Virus record (IMG/VR): IMGVR_UViG_3300035501_000527
Coordinates: 1,583 to 65,582 of that record
Origin: a virus
Taxonomy: Duplodnaviria > Caudoviricetes
DNA length: 64,000 nucleotides
Reading direction: 5' to 3' (one strand)
Shown: piece by piece, positions 9,598-18,810 of the stretch
Layout: every line of letters starts with the position of its first letter
Numbering within the stretch: the stretch's first letter is position 1
Position numbers and translations under genes: made by a program
Notes under the pieces: generated by a model
Told to the model about the DNA's origin: nothing
The model's input: the letters and a program-made list of their open reading frames with translations, nothing else
Databases searched by the model: none

Positions 9598-9626
9598 AAT
9601 ATACATATTTTTTCAAAAATAGTCAA
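9598..9626 (-). promoter_or_regulatory. Candidate antisense promoter
   Basis: Minus strand TTGACT-N17-TATATT. Confidence 0.5.
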
Positions 9627-9671
9627 GGCAAATCAGCTTAATAATTCAGTTAACACAACTATATACAACGG

Positions 9672-9742
9672 TGCGAGTTGGTGTAATGGCAGCACATGAG
9701 AATTTGACTCTCAAAGTACGTGTTCGAACCACGTACTCATAG
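9672..9742 (+). tRNA. tRNA-Gln(UUG), atypical or possibly degenerate, no encoded CCA
   Basis: Cloverleaf: D arm GTGT/GCAC, anticodon arm TGAGA-ATTTGAC-TCTCA, T arm ACGTG-TTCGAAC-CACGT; acceptor has C3:A70 mismatch. Confidence 0.75.
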
Positions 9743-9794
9743 TTTTTGCGACCATTTTTCGCAAAAAATTAAAAAAATAAGAAAGGATGATAAG

Positions 9795-10454
9795 GTGGAT
9801 TATGTAATTAAAAACTATAAAAATGTTTATATCAAATTAAACTCACAGGGTAGAGCAGAAACTTGTTCCAATTCAGATAAGCAACTGTTTGAATTTCATA
9901 AGGCAAAAAATATCTGTGATTGCCTCCCAAAAACCTTAAAGAAAATGAATTTTAAGGTGGAAGCTGTACCTGAAATTAAACCAATTGACAAAGATTTAAA
10001 AGAAAAGGAGAAAGAAAAAGAGAAGAATAGTAAAGAAAATAAACATATAACCTTAAATAGTGATGATTATGAACTCTCGGAAAATATAACCAGGTGGGTA
10101 GACAAGTTCGGAGCGTGTGCAGACAGTTTAGACGAGGCAAGAAAACGTAAAGAACAATTACGAACAGAATTAAATAACATAGATAAAGAATTTTTGAACA
10201 TTTTACATATTATTGAACTGGAAAAATCTAAGGACTTATATGGTGGATGGCTTCAATATAAAAATATTAAAGAAAACCGTAAGAAAAGAAGAGAAATAAA
10301 AGATGAACTATTAATTATTTCTAATGTCCTTAGTAGGATAAATTCAACTTATTTGGAAAGGGATACTGTTCGGAAATCAGTTAATGGTTTATTAAATAGG
10401 GAATATTCATTCAGGGTTGTTGAATCTGAAGAGGAGGAAAGGAGTGTAGTGTAA
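9795..10454 (+). CDS. Hypothetical coiled-coil protein
   Basis: In frame with track ORF; GTG 9795 after AAAGGA; track start 9720 lies inside the tRNA. Confidence 0.8.
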   Translation: MDYVIKNYKNVYIKLNSQGRAETCSNSDKQLFEFHKAKNICDCLPKTLKKMNFKVEAVPEIKPIDKDLKEKEKEKEKNSKENKHITLNSDDYELSENITRWVDKFGACADSLDEARKRKEQLRTELNNIDKEFLNILHIIELEKSKDLYGGWLQYKNIKENRKKRREIKDELLIISNVLSRINSTYLERDTVRKSVNGLLNREYSFRVVESEEEERSVV

Positions 10455-10634
10455 ATGCAGATTTGCAAAAATTGCAAAATCCTAATGAGTGAAGTTTTAT
10501 CTTTTTCAAAGGACAAGCATGAGAAATTTGAGCGATGCCCAAAATGTAAAAGTGAAACTAAGCATAAAACTTTGAGAAATGATGAATTGAATTTCAATAA
10601 GATTTTGCAAAGAAAAATAAGTAACACAGAGTAG
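10455..10634 (+). CDS. Small Zn-finger protein (59 aa)
   Basis: Manually translated MQICKNC...RCPKC. Confidence 0.65.
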   Translation: MQICKNCKILMSEVLSFSKDKHEKFERCPKCKSETKHKTLRNDELNFNKILQRKISNTE

Positions 10635-10654
10635 TAAATGTTGGAGGTTTTTAG

Positions 10655-11320
10655 ATGAATGTCGAAGATGTATTGAAACAGATAGATGTTGTTATCAATT
10701 CATTATACGAGAATAATGCTAATAAACTAGAAAAGGAATGTCGAAAGGTGATGTCTAAATTTGGTGGCATATATCAAATGGATTATGATAATTTTTATTC
10801 AAAAGTTGGTTTAGAGCTTTCTATAGCAAGAATTAAATATGCTAATGAATTAGTAAAAAATAATAAACCATTCAATGAAAGTGATTTTCGTAGTTATCTT
10901 TCAGGTATTATATATTTTGCAGTTTGTAAAGAAATGACAAAGCGAAATAGAAAAAAAAGAATGATAATTATAGAAGTCAAGGAAATTGATGAAGATGAAA
11001 ATATTGTAATAAGAAAAGAATATATACCTACAATTTCACTTGATACACCTTTGACAGATGACAAGAGCGTTACTATTGCTGATACTGTTTTAGATGATAA
11101 CAATACAATTGAAAAGAAAATATTTGAAGAAGATAGTTATAGTGAAAAAATGCTTAAATATTTAAGTAAATTGTCAATGTTGCAAAAAGAAGTTTTGCAG
11201 TTAACTATAGCTGGCTATTCGTCAAAAGAGATTATTGAAAAGTTACATATTACAAATAAACAATATAGTGATAGTTGTGCTGCTATTCATTCATATAGAA
11301 ATGTGTCTGTATTGTTTTAA
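10655..11320 (+). CDS. Sigma-70-like factor / region-4 HTH regulator
   Basis: ISLD motif and C-terminal LSMLQKEVLQLTIAGYSSKEIIEKLHIT HTH. Confidence 0.7.
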   Translation: MNVEDVLKQIDVVINSLYENNANKLEKECRKVMSKFGGIYQMDYDNFYSKVGLELSIARIKYANELVKNNKPFNESDFRSYLSGIIYFAVCKEMTKRNRKKRMIIIEVKEIDEDENIVIRKEYIPTISLDTPLTDDKSVTIADTVLDDNNTIEKKIFEEDSYSEKMLKYLSKLSMLQKEVLQLTIAGYSSKEIIEKLHITNKQYSDSCAAIHSYRNVSVLF

Positions 11321-11345
11321 TATTAAATTAGGGAGGTACAATGTT

Positions 11346-12752
11346 ATGGCAAGACCAAGAAAACAAACTTATGTAATGTCACAGTATATGGATAATGTAA
11401 AAGAGGGTTACATATCTAATGATGCTGATACGCAGAGAAATCCTGCGTGGAAACCTATTATTAATGGATTAATTGTAACGGTACTTACGGATGATTATAT
11501 TCCTCCGATTATTCTTACGGAAGATAATAATGGTATGTTACATATTGTTGATGGTGGAAGTAGAACGGCTGCATTAAGAAGATTCCGGTATATGAATCAT
11601 AAAATTTCTAGTAAAACTGAAGATACACTTATTCGATACAAGGAAAAGACAGTAGATGAAGATGGTGAAATCGTATGGAAGGATGCTGAGTTTGATATAA
11701 AAAATAAAACTTATGATAAACTTCCAAAGGAATTAAAGAAGAAATTTGACGAATACCAGCTTGAAACAGTAATCCATGAGAATTGTACATTTATAGATAA
11801 CTCTAAATACATCAAAAGATACAATATGCATTCGGGAATGAATGTTGAAGAAAAAGCTTTAACCTATATTCCTAATTTTGCTAAGAAAATCAGGAATATA
11901 GCGGATAGGAAATTCTTTAATGATTATAGCGATTTCACTGATAGTCAAAAAGAAAAAGGAAAATTAGAACGTGTTGTTTTTGAAACAGTTATGTGTATGT
12001 TTCATTTTGATAACTGGAAAACACAAGCAAATATGATGGCAGGTTATCTAAATGATAATTCAAATAAAGAGGAATTTAAGAAATTAGAATCAAATATATG
12101 TAGATTAGAAAATGTAATCGCAAATGATATTAAGAATATTTTTAATATAAAAGATTCTTTTATATTTCTTACTTTATTTGATAGGTTTACTAATTCCTGT
12201 CTTGATGATAATAAGTTTGTTGATTTTCTCAGAGAATTTCAGACTAATTATAGAATAAATAAGAAGAATGAAAAAGGTTTGTTATTTGATGAAATCGACA
12301 AAGAAGGTAGTACAAAGGATAAGGTAGTAGTTACGGCTAAATTAGATATGCTTACTAATCTTATGTACGAATATTTACATATCACTCCTAAAACTAAAGA
12401 GGACATTTACATAGATGATTTTTGCAACACTGACTTAATATTATCATCTGACTTATCCGATGAAGATAAGAAAAATGTTGCAATAGAGTCCTTAAAACTA
12501 ACGAATAATGTTACAGATGATGCACTTTTATATGCTGATTCTGTTAATGAATGGCTATTAAACATAGAAGATAGCGAAAAACTTATTGCTAAGAATGTCA
12601 TTCCAGCGATGATAGGATTAGTTAATTACATATATAACGGCGATTATACAGATGAACAGGGTATAAATACACTAAAAAATTATCTACATACTAAGAGTAT
12701 AACTAATAGCGCAAATATTAATCTTACAAATATGATAGCGTGTGTTGGATAG
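11346..12752 (+). CDS. DUF262 (ParB/Srx-fold, GmrS-like) domain protein
   Basis: TQRNPAW...IPPIIL...IVDGGSRT motif; GGAGG RBS favours ATG 11346. Confidence 0.7.
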   Translation: MARPRKQTYVMSQYMDNVKEGYISNDADTQRNPAWKPIINGLIVTVLTDDYIPPIILTEDNNGMLHIVDGGSRTAALRRFRYMNHKISSKTEDTLIRYKEKTVDEDGEIVWKDAEFDIKNKTYDKLPKELKKKFDEYQLETVIHENCTFIDNSKYIKRYNMHSGMNVEEKALTYIPNFAKKIRNIADRKFFNDYSDFTDSQKEKGKLERVVFETVMCMFHFDNWKTQANMMAGYLNDNSNKEEFKKLESNICRLENVIANDIKNIFNIKDSFIFLTLFDRFTNSCLDDNKFVDFLREFQTNYRINKKNEKGLLFDEIDKEGSTKDKVVVTAKLDMLTNLMYEYLHITPKTKEDIYIDDFCNTDLILSSDLSDEDKKNVAIESLKLTNNVTDDALLYADSVNEWLLNIEDSEKLIAKNVIPAMIGLVNYIYNGDYTDEQGINTLKNYLHTKSITNSANINLTNMIACVG

Positions 12753-12762
12753 GGGGATTATT

Positions 12763-13281
12763 ATGGCAAAAACAATTAAATTATCAGATATAAGAATTAG
12801 TGAATCATTTCTAAACAGTAAGCCTAGCGAAAGAAAAATTGCAGAATGTAGAGATAACTGGTTATCTTATGGCAAGCAGGACAGATGGGTTGTTGTAAAT
12901 CATGACAATATATTAGTAGATGGCTATATTATGTATCTTGTCTTAAAGGAACAAGGGATTGAAGATGCTCAGTGTAAAGTATTAGAACAAAAACATAAGC
13001 GTTGGAGCAGAAAAAGAGTAGAGGACTTTGTTCCCAAGTATAGAAATACTATGACTACATATGTATATGGTAAGCATCCTAATACTGAATCTGGTAGGAC
13101 ATATGTTTGGCGTGTCCCTGAATCTGAATCTTGGAAGAACTTCTCTGACAAGGTTCATGTCGGTGATAAGATATATTGTAAAACAAAGTTTGGAATTTCG
13201 CCTGTTATTGTTACGGATATAAAGATCTTGGATAAATGTCCAGTTGATATTCCGGTTAAAAAAGTTTGTAAGATTTACTAA
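12763..13281 (+). CDS. Hypothetical protein with ParB-like N-terminus
   Basis: ILVDGYIMY motif; start adjusted to ATG 12763. Confidence 0.65.
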   Translation: MAKTIKLSDIRISESFLNSKPSERKIAECRDNWLSYGKQDRWVVVNHDNILVDGYIMYLVLKEQGIEDAQCKVLEQKHKRWSRKRVEDFVPKYRNTMTTYVYGKHPNTESGRTYVWRVPESESWKNFSDKVHVGDKIYCKTKFGISPVIVTDIKILDKCPVDIPVKKVCKIY

Positions 13282-13301
13282 GAAAAGGAAGGTACAAAAT
13301 T

Positions 13302-13577
13302 ATGAGATATATAAGTGAAGATGGAAAAATATTTGATAGTGAGGAAATTTGTTTACAACACGAAAGAGAAGAGAGAGAACGTGTAGAGAAGGAACGTGCC
13401 AGAATTGAGAAGCTTGAGAAAGAAAAGGACTCACGTTACGAAGAAATCCTGGCAAAAGAAAGAGAATTAGATGAACTTATAAAGAAATTCAAACAGGATT
13501 ATGGTAGTTCTATCTTTTCAAGAATTAGCAATCCTAATTCTGTTCAGAGTTTGCTTAATGTGTTGTCTATGATGTGA
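13302..13577 (+). CDS. Hypothetical coiled-coil protein
   Basis: ORF track. Confidence 0.75.
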   Translation: MRYISEDGKIFDSEEICLQHEREERERVEKERARIEKLEKEKDSRYEEILAKERELDELIKKFKQDYGSSIFSRISNPNSVQSLLNVLSMM

Positions 13578-13637
13578 TAATGCCTATTAATAAGTAAAAG
13601 TCACAAGTGAGATTATTAGAAAAGTGGAGAAAAACAA

Positions 13638-13967
13638 ATGGATAGTATTGTAAGGCGTGATTTAGACGGTATTTATTTCAGTGTTATAAGAAATGACAGA
13701 TATGAATCTTTATGTTTCTCTGATCTTACAGAAGATGAAATGAATACAGTAATGGAAGGTAGGTCGGAAGTATGGCTTAAATCTATGTGTGTACTGCTTG
13801 GAAAATGTATAAGAGAAATTGGAGATACATTTGATTTGGTTTGTTGTAATAAGGATGAAGATATAGACATATCAGATAGTAGAATTAAAGAATGTGCATT
13901 ATATAAAGAAGCTGATGAATGTGGTAAATATGCTACTTGTAAAATGTGTTCTGCAAATGCTATATAG
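13638..13967 (+). CDS. Hypothetical protein
   Basis: ORF track. Confidence 0.75.
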   Translation: MDSIVRRDLDGIYFSVIRNDRYESLCFSDLTEDEMNTVMEGRSEVWLKSMCVLLGKCIREIGDTFDLVCCNKDEDIDISDSRIKECALYKEADECGKYATCKMCSANAI

Positions 13968-14008
13968 AAGTCGCATTTTCTTGGAAAAATGAAGCGAGGT
14001 GGTGACAT

Positions 14009-14485
14009 TTGAGGTGCCGTGATTGTCCTTATGGGGAAGAATATTTTGAGAAATTATATTCACAAGAAGATATAAACGAAGAATACGTTTGGTGTAATAA
14101 AGTTGGCGGTAAAACTTGGTGCTTTGGACATTGCACAGATTGGTATGATGATAATAAGCAAGTAAATTTACACAGTTCCAGTAAGAGAAAGGGAAGAAGT
14201 AAGAGAGAACGTGACGAAAAATATAAACAACATCTTATGTTTTTAGCAGAAGAAATAAATTCATATCCACCGCCAGCCTATTATAAATCTCATTCATATG
14301 CAGAGCATGAATATATAGAAAATCCAAAACCTTATTATAAAAGGTTGTACAGAGAAAATCATTCTGGCGGCGATTCAAAATATTATAAAAAATATTGCAA
14401 TAGACATGTTAGAAGGTATAAGGGTGAGATACATAAAGGTGGTTTTTATAAAAAATTAGCTGAGTTTTGGTGGAATATAACGTAA
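14009..14485 (+). CDS. Hypothetical protein
   Basis: ORF track; GAGGTGG RBS. Confidence 0.75.
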   Translation: MRCRDCPYGEEYFEKLYSQEDINEEYVWCNKVGGKTWCFGHCTDWYDDNKQVNLHSSSKRKGRSKRERDEKYKQHLMFLAEEINSYPPPAYYKSHSYAEHEYIENPKPYYKRLYRENHSGGDSKYYKKYCNRHVRRYKGEIHKGGFYKKLAEFWWNIT

Positions 14486-14498
14486 AAAGGAGAATAAA

Positions 14499-14894
14499 AT
14501 GGCAAAGTTAGAAGGTTTTTCAAAAGTAGCAGTGATTAAATACAGTTATATTAGTGCATCATATTATTTTGCAATATATGATGATGGCAATGATTATAAA
14601 GTTGGCGATATGGTTGCTTTTTCAGGTAATTCTAATCCTGAAAGAATTTATAAAATTATAAGCATAGAAGAATGGCAACATGAATCTAGTAAGAAAAGCA
14701 TTACAGCAGAAGTTATAGGAAAGATAGATGTTTCAGCATATGAAAAACGTGTAGAATTACGTAAGGAAAAAGAGAAGCTAAAGAAAGAAATGGACAAGCG
14801 TAAGAAAGAGATTCAGAAGGAACTAGATAACGAGTATTATGCTAGTAAGGACGAAGAGTATGCCGAATTATTAAGAAAATATAAGGAGTTATAG
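14499..14894 (+). CDS. Hypothetical protein
   Basis: ORF track; AAGGAG RBS. Confidence 0.8.
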   Translation: MAKLEGFSKVAVIKYSYISASYYFAIYDDGNDYKVGDMVAFSGNSNPERIYKIISIEEWQHESSKKSITAEVIGKIDVSAYEKRVELRKEKEKLKKEMDKRKKEIQKELDNEYYASKDEEYAELLRKYKEL

Positions 14895-14905
14895 GGCAAG
14901 AATTA

Positions 14906-15073
14906 ATGAGTAAAACATATAGGTATAACAAAGAAGACAATGAGATTTGCATGAAAATTTTTGATTCTTTGTTATATCTGTGTAGTGATTGTAAGAGGAA
15001 AAATTGTAAGGATAAAACTGAAAAGTACAAAGATAGGTTTAAAAGAAACAAACATTTAAAGGATGAGCAATGA
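14906..15073 (+). CDS. Small hypothetical protein (55 aa)
   Basis: Manually translated; ATGA overlap with next gene. Confidence 0.55.
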   Translation: MSKTYRYNKEDNEICMKIFDSLLYLCSDCKRKNCKDKTEKYKDRFKRNKHLKDEQ

Positions 15074-15693
15074 CTAAAAAAGAAAGAAAAAGGATTAAGA
15101 AAACAAAATTATATAATAAAAAATTATGTAAGAAATACCCTTTTATAATTCCGAGATCGGCTTGGACGGGTAAAATTCCAGATGATTACGACTATTCCTA
15201 TACAGAATATTATTTTGGAAAAGGTTGGGAAATTGGATTTGGTAAGTTTTGGCTTGAAGATTTAAGAAAGGCTTGTATTGAAACGAATTATTTGGACAAG
15301 CTTTATTTTGTGCAAGTTAAAGAGAAATATGCCTCGCTTAGAGCATACCCTAACGCTGCACCACAACAAGTATATGATGTACTAAATAAGTATGAATATA
15401 TTAGTCAATATATTTGCTATCAGTGTGGAAGTCCTGAAGCTTCTGTTGTGAACGATTATGGTTGGTATCTGCCGATGTGCAAGAAGTGTTGGGATAAGTT
15501 TAATCTAAAGCGTGAGAAAAAGGGGTATAAAGTTATTTCCTATAAAGAAGCCGGTGGTGAAGATAATCCTAAGTTGCCGAACAGTTATTCTTATAGTGTT
15601 TATTCTAACGGCGAAGATAAAACAGTAGAAGTGGATGTAAGCGATATTACAGATAGAATAAATCAGGCATACAAAAAGAGAATACATAATTAA
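15070..15693 (+). CDS. Hypothetical phage protein
   Basis: ORF track; QVKEKYASLR motif and CYQC. Confidence 0.8.
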   Translation: MTKKERKRIKKTKLYNKKLCKKYPFIIPRSAWTGKIPDDYDYSYTEYYFGKGWEIGFGKFWLEDLRKACIETNYLDKLYFVQVKEKYASLRAYPNAAPQQVYDVLNKYEYISQYICYQCGSPEASVVNDYGWYLPMCKKCWDKFNLKREKKGYKVISYKEAGGEDNPKLPNSYSYSVYSNGEDKTVEVDVSDITDRINQAYKKRIHN

Positions 15694-15700
15694 GATGATT

Positions 15701-15890
15701 TTCGGCAAGTGTTGTATTTGCCGAATTTCGTTAAAATCGGTGGAAGGTGGAGCAGAAGATAAAAAAGATAGATAATCTGGTTGATTGGCAGTCTGGCAGA
15801 TTATCTATCTTATGACAATTTGGAATAAATCCGAAATGCATATACATAATATCAAATTCTTTTGCATTATTCAATGCGGTTTATTCCAAA
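15701..15890 (+). ncRNA. Candidate structured RNA (several long stems)
   Basis: TTCGGCAA/TTGCCGAA; 15-bp perfect stem 15765-15779/15797-15811; TTTGGAATAAA/TTTATTCCAAA. Confidence 0.4.
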
Positions 15891-15951
15891 AAACATATTA
15901 AATATATTAAAAACATATAAACAAGTACATTTAAAATTAGAGGTGATCTTT

Positions 15952-16458
15952 ATTTCGATATTTTCAGGGAAATGTGATGTATACGACACATTAATACAAA
16001 CATTCCGATATTCATTAGAAGAATTACAGAATGGTGTAAATATATATGTTGGTGACAGTAAAGAGCCACTACATATATCTAAGATGAAGGACTTAATACC
16101 TTATTATCCATATCTGATTACAAGTGCTTACTACGATAATATAAATAGAAAAGCTAATATTCAAATTTCATCTGAATCCTATGTAGATAGAGAAGAAAGA
16201 GAAATATTGCAGAGATACTTGGAAGAAATTATAAAAATATATAAAAAATGTAAACGTAATAAGGTTGATTTCACATTGGATTTAACATTTCAGGAGAGTT
16301 ATTTCAGTTTTAGCAAGTGGAATTATAATGTATGTAAAGAAATCTATAATCGTGTTCAAAAAGATGGTGCCAAAGCTAATATTGAGGGTATTCATCTGAA
16401 GATATTTGATAAATATAGACAGAATTTAGCTGAAGAATTAGGAAATGTGGGTGAATGA
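15952..16458 (+). CDS. Hypothetical protein, probable ATT start
   Basis: GAGGTGA RBS then in-frame ATT TCG ATA TTT TCA GGG AAA TGT; the track extension runs through the structured region. Confidence 0.65.
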   Translation: MSIFSGKCDVYDTLIQTFRYSLEELQNGVNIYVGDSKEPLHISKMKDLIPYYPYLITSAYYDNINRKANIQISSESYVDREEREILQRYLEEIIKIYKKCKRNKVDFTLDLTFQESYFSFSKWNYNVCKEIYNRVQKDGAKANIEGIHLKIFDKYRQNLAEELGNVGE

Positions 16459-16467
16459 GAGGTAAAA

Positions 16468-16635
16468 ATGAGACAGAAAAAATTTCTTAAAAAATTTATT
16501 GAGGACAATGCTGTGATGATAGATTCATTAATATCAAACGATGAAAGAAAGAAACTACATAATGGTGATACACCAAGTAGTATTTTACTGGAAGAAATTA
16601 ATAAAGAATTGGAGGGCGAAAATGGATACAAGTGA
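16468..16635 (+). CDS. Small hypothetical protein (55 aa)
   Basis: Manually translated; GAGGT RBS. Confidence 0.6.
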   Translation: MRQKKFLKKFIEDNAVMIDSLISNDERKKLHNGDTPSSILLEEINKELEGENGYK

Positions 16636-17440
16636 TTTAGCGAAAAGAATGAAAGGGTACGAAAAAGTAGGAGAGAGATATTTAACTAGAAGACTCCCAG
16701 TTGTGTTGAGACTTGATGGCTGTCATTTCCATAGCTTTACTAAGAATTTTAAAAGACCATTTGATGAAATTTTAATTAAAACTATGCAAAATACAATGAA
16801 ATATTTGTGTGAAAACATTCAAGGAGCAGTAATTGGATATACACAATCAGATGAAATTACTATCTTGTTAGTTGATTATCAAAATCTTAATACGTCTGCA
16901 TGGTTTGATAATAGACAAAACAAAATTGAAAGTGTAGCAGCCAGTATGTGTACTATGGCTTTCAACAGATATTTTGAATTAGCTTCTTTAACAAAAAGGA
17001 TAAAATCTGGCATAGAAGAAGATTATCAATTAGGTGATACTTATAAAAAAGCATTGGTTAAAGGCGCATATTTTGATTGTAGGGCTTTCACTATACCTAA
17101 AGAAGAAGTAACGAATAACTTCTATTGGAGACAACTTGATTGTATAAGAAACAGTATCCAGATGGTAGGACAGGCTAATTTCAGCCACAAGGAATTACAA
17201 AATAAATCCTGTAATGATATTCAAGATATGCTTATGACTCAAAAAGGTATTAATTGGAATGACTTGCCTACATATCAAAAGAGAGGAAGTTGTTGTATTA
17301 AAGAGTATTATCAAGCAGAAAACGTAGACATTAAAGATGGGACTTGTGAAAGAAGTCGTTGGATTATTGATAAAAATATTCCTATATTCAGAGGAGAGGG
17401 CAGAGAATATATAGAAAGATTAGTTATGGTTGGAGAATAG
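16622..17440 (+). CDS. tRNA(His) guanylyltransferase Thg1-like 3'-5' polymerase
   Basis: RMKGYE..VVLRLDGCHFH..YTQSDEI..FDCR motifs; GGAGG RBS before ATG 16622. Confidence 0.9.
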   Translation: MDTSDLAKRMKGYEKVGERYLTRRLPVVLRLDGCHFHSFTKNFKRPFDEILIKTMQNTMKYLCENIQGAVIGYTQSDEITILLVDYQNLNTSAWFDNRQNKIESVAASMCTMAFNRYFELASLTKRIKSGIEEDYQLGDTYKKALVKGAYFDCRAFTIPKEEVTNNFYWRQLDCIRNSIQMVGQANFSHKELQNKSCNDIQDMLMTQKGINWNDLPTYQKRGSCCIKEYYQAENVDIKDGTCERSRWIIDKNIPIFRGEGREYIERLVMVGE

Positions 17441-17449
17441 GAGATTTTT

Positions 17450-17848
17450 ATGAAGAAAGAAAATATAAATATTTCATGTGATATCTGTAAATATAGCAAA
17501 CCACATGATTATATTAACAATCATTATTATTGTGAAAATAGATGTTTCTCAGGGGATAAACCTATGGTACATAATTGCTCAGAGGGTGAATTAGATGAAT
17601 GGGTATATAATCTCAAATACAAACCATTAAAATCTGATGAAAACGTATCAAAAGAACTTATGTATGAAGAATTAAAACAAATACTTTGGGGGATTAAATT
17701 AAAAGATATTGACACTATTATGAAAGAAATAAACGCATTAAAGGAAAAAATTACATCTTACAGGGAATCATATAAATGCGAAACCTGTGCGGTAGAAACT
17801 TGTGATTTATATGCTGCTGGATGTAGAAACTGTAGTGGGTGGAAATAG
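17450..17848 (+). CDS. Cys-rich hypothetical protein
   Basis: ORF track. Confidence 0.75.
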   Translation: MKKENINISCDICKYSKPHDYINNHYYCENRCFSGDKPMVHNCSEGELDEWVYNLKYKPLKSDENVSKELMYEELKQILWGIKLKDIDTIMKEINALKEKITSYRESYKCETCAVETCDLYAAGCRNCSGWK

Positions 17849-17883
17849 AAAATTAATTTTAAATGGATAGGAGGAGAAAATTA

Positions 17884-18810
17884 TTGAAACAGAAGAAATT
17901 TATGGATATATCCCGTATTAAAGAGAATACGGAATTAACAGAATCAAATACAAGGGGATTTGAGGTCGGAGATCATATTAATATTTCAATTAAGTTTGAT
18001 GGAAGTAATGCAAGTTTCCGATATGATAAAGAGACTGGAAAACTGGTTGCATTTTCAAGAAAGCAAGAACTTACATATAATAATACATTATCTGGATTTT
18101 GGAACTTTGTACAATCATTAGATGCTAATAAGTTCAAGAATTATCCGAATTATGTATTTTTTGGTGAATGGGCGGTAAAAAATAAAATTGTATACAAACC
18201 TGAATACAGAAAAATTTGGCTAATGTATGACATCTATGATGTTGAAAATGAGTGTTATTTATCACAGTTAACAGTGAAAGACTTCGCTGATAAGTTTGGA
18301 TTTACATATATTCATGTACTATATGATGGGGAGTTTATCTCTTGGGAACATTGTAAGAGTTTTATGAATGAAGTTGTATATTCTGAAAGTATTGAAGAAG
18401 GAATAGTCATTAAAAACCAATCAAAACTCAACGACCTAAATTCAAGAACACCATTCGTTTTAAAAATTGTAAACGAAAGGTTTTCAGAAGTGATGAAGCA
18501 TAAAATAAAAGAGGTTAATTCAGAAAAAGAAGCAGCGAGAGCACAGGCAGCTGAGATTGTAGAGTCTATTGTAACTAGAAGTCGAGTGGAAAAAGAGATT
18601 TACAAAATGCGTGATGAGGGTATTCTTCCTGAAAAGATTGATCCTTCAGACATGAAGTTGGTTGCACAGAATCTCCCAAAACGTATCTATGAAGACTGTG
18701 TAAAAGAAGAAAATGAGTTAGTAATGGCAGCAGGTGAATATTTTGGTAAGATGTGCGGAAATACAGCAATGAGACATGCTAGAAGTATTATCTTGGGTGA
18801 TGTGTCATGA
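17884..18810 (+). CDS. RNA ligase, Rnl2-like
   Basis: KFDGSN (motif I), FFGEW, EEGIVIK, LKIV; GAGGAG RBS favours TTG 17884. Confidence 0.8.
   Translation: MKQKKFMDISRIKENTELTESNTRGFEVGDHINISIKFDGSNASFRYDKETGKLVAFSRKQELTYNNTLSGFWNFVQSLDANKFKNYPNYVFFGEWAVKNKIVYKPEYRKIWLMYDIYDVENECYLSQLTVKDFADKFGFTYIHVLYDGEFISWEHCKSFMNEVVYSESIEEGIVIKNQSKLNDLNSRTPFVLKIVNERFSEVMKHKIKEVNSEKEAARAQAAEIVESIVTRSRVEKEIYKMRDEGILPEKIDPSDMKLVAQNLPKRIYEDCVKEENELVMAAGEYFGKMCGNTAMRHARSIILGDVS

Noticed and set aside
9743-9790. HDV-like (theta) ribozyme 3' of the tRNA
   Set aside because: Only a simple hairpin is present; no nested double pseudoknot could be built
9720-9794. N-terminal extension of ORF 9720-10454
   Set aside because: It starts inside the tRNA T-arm and crosses a hairpin; an RBS supports GTG 9795
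10459-10478. TTGCAAAAATTGCAA as a third copy of the 8622/9743 element
   Set aside because: Explained by the CKNCK codons of the small Zn-finger ORF
15738-15756. SRP RNA-like GGAAGG..AGCAG
   Set aside because: It lacks the pairing partner and stem of SRP domain IV
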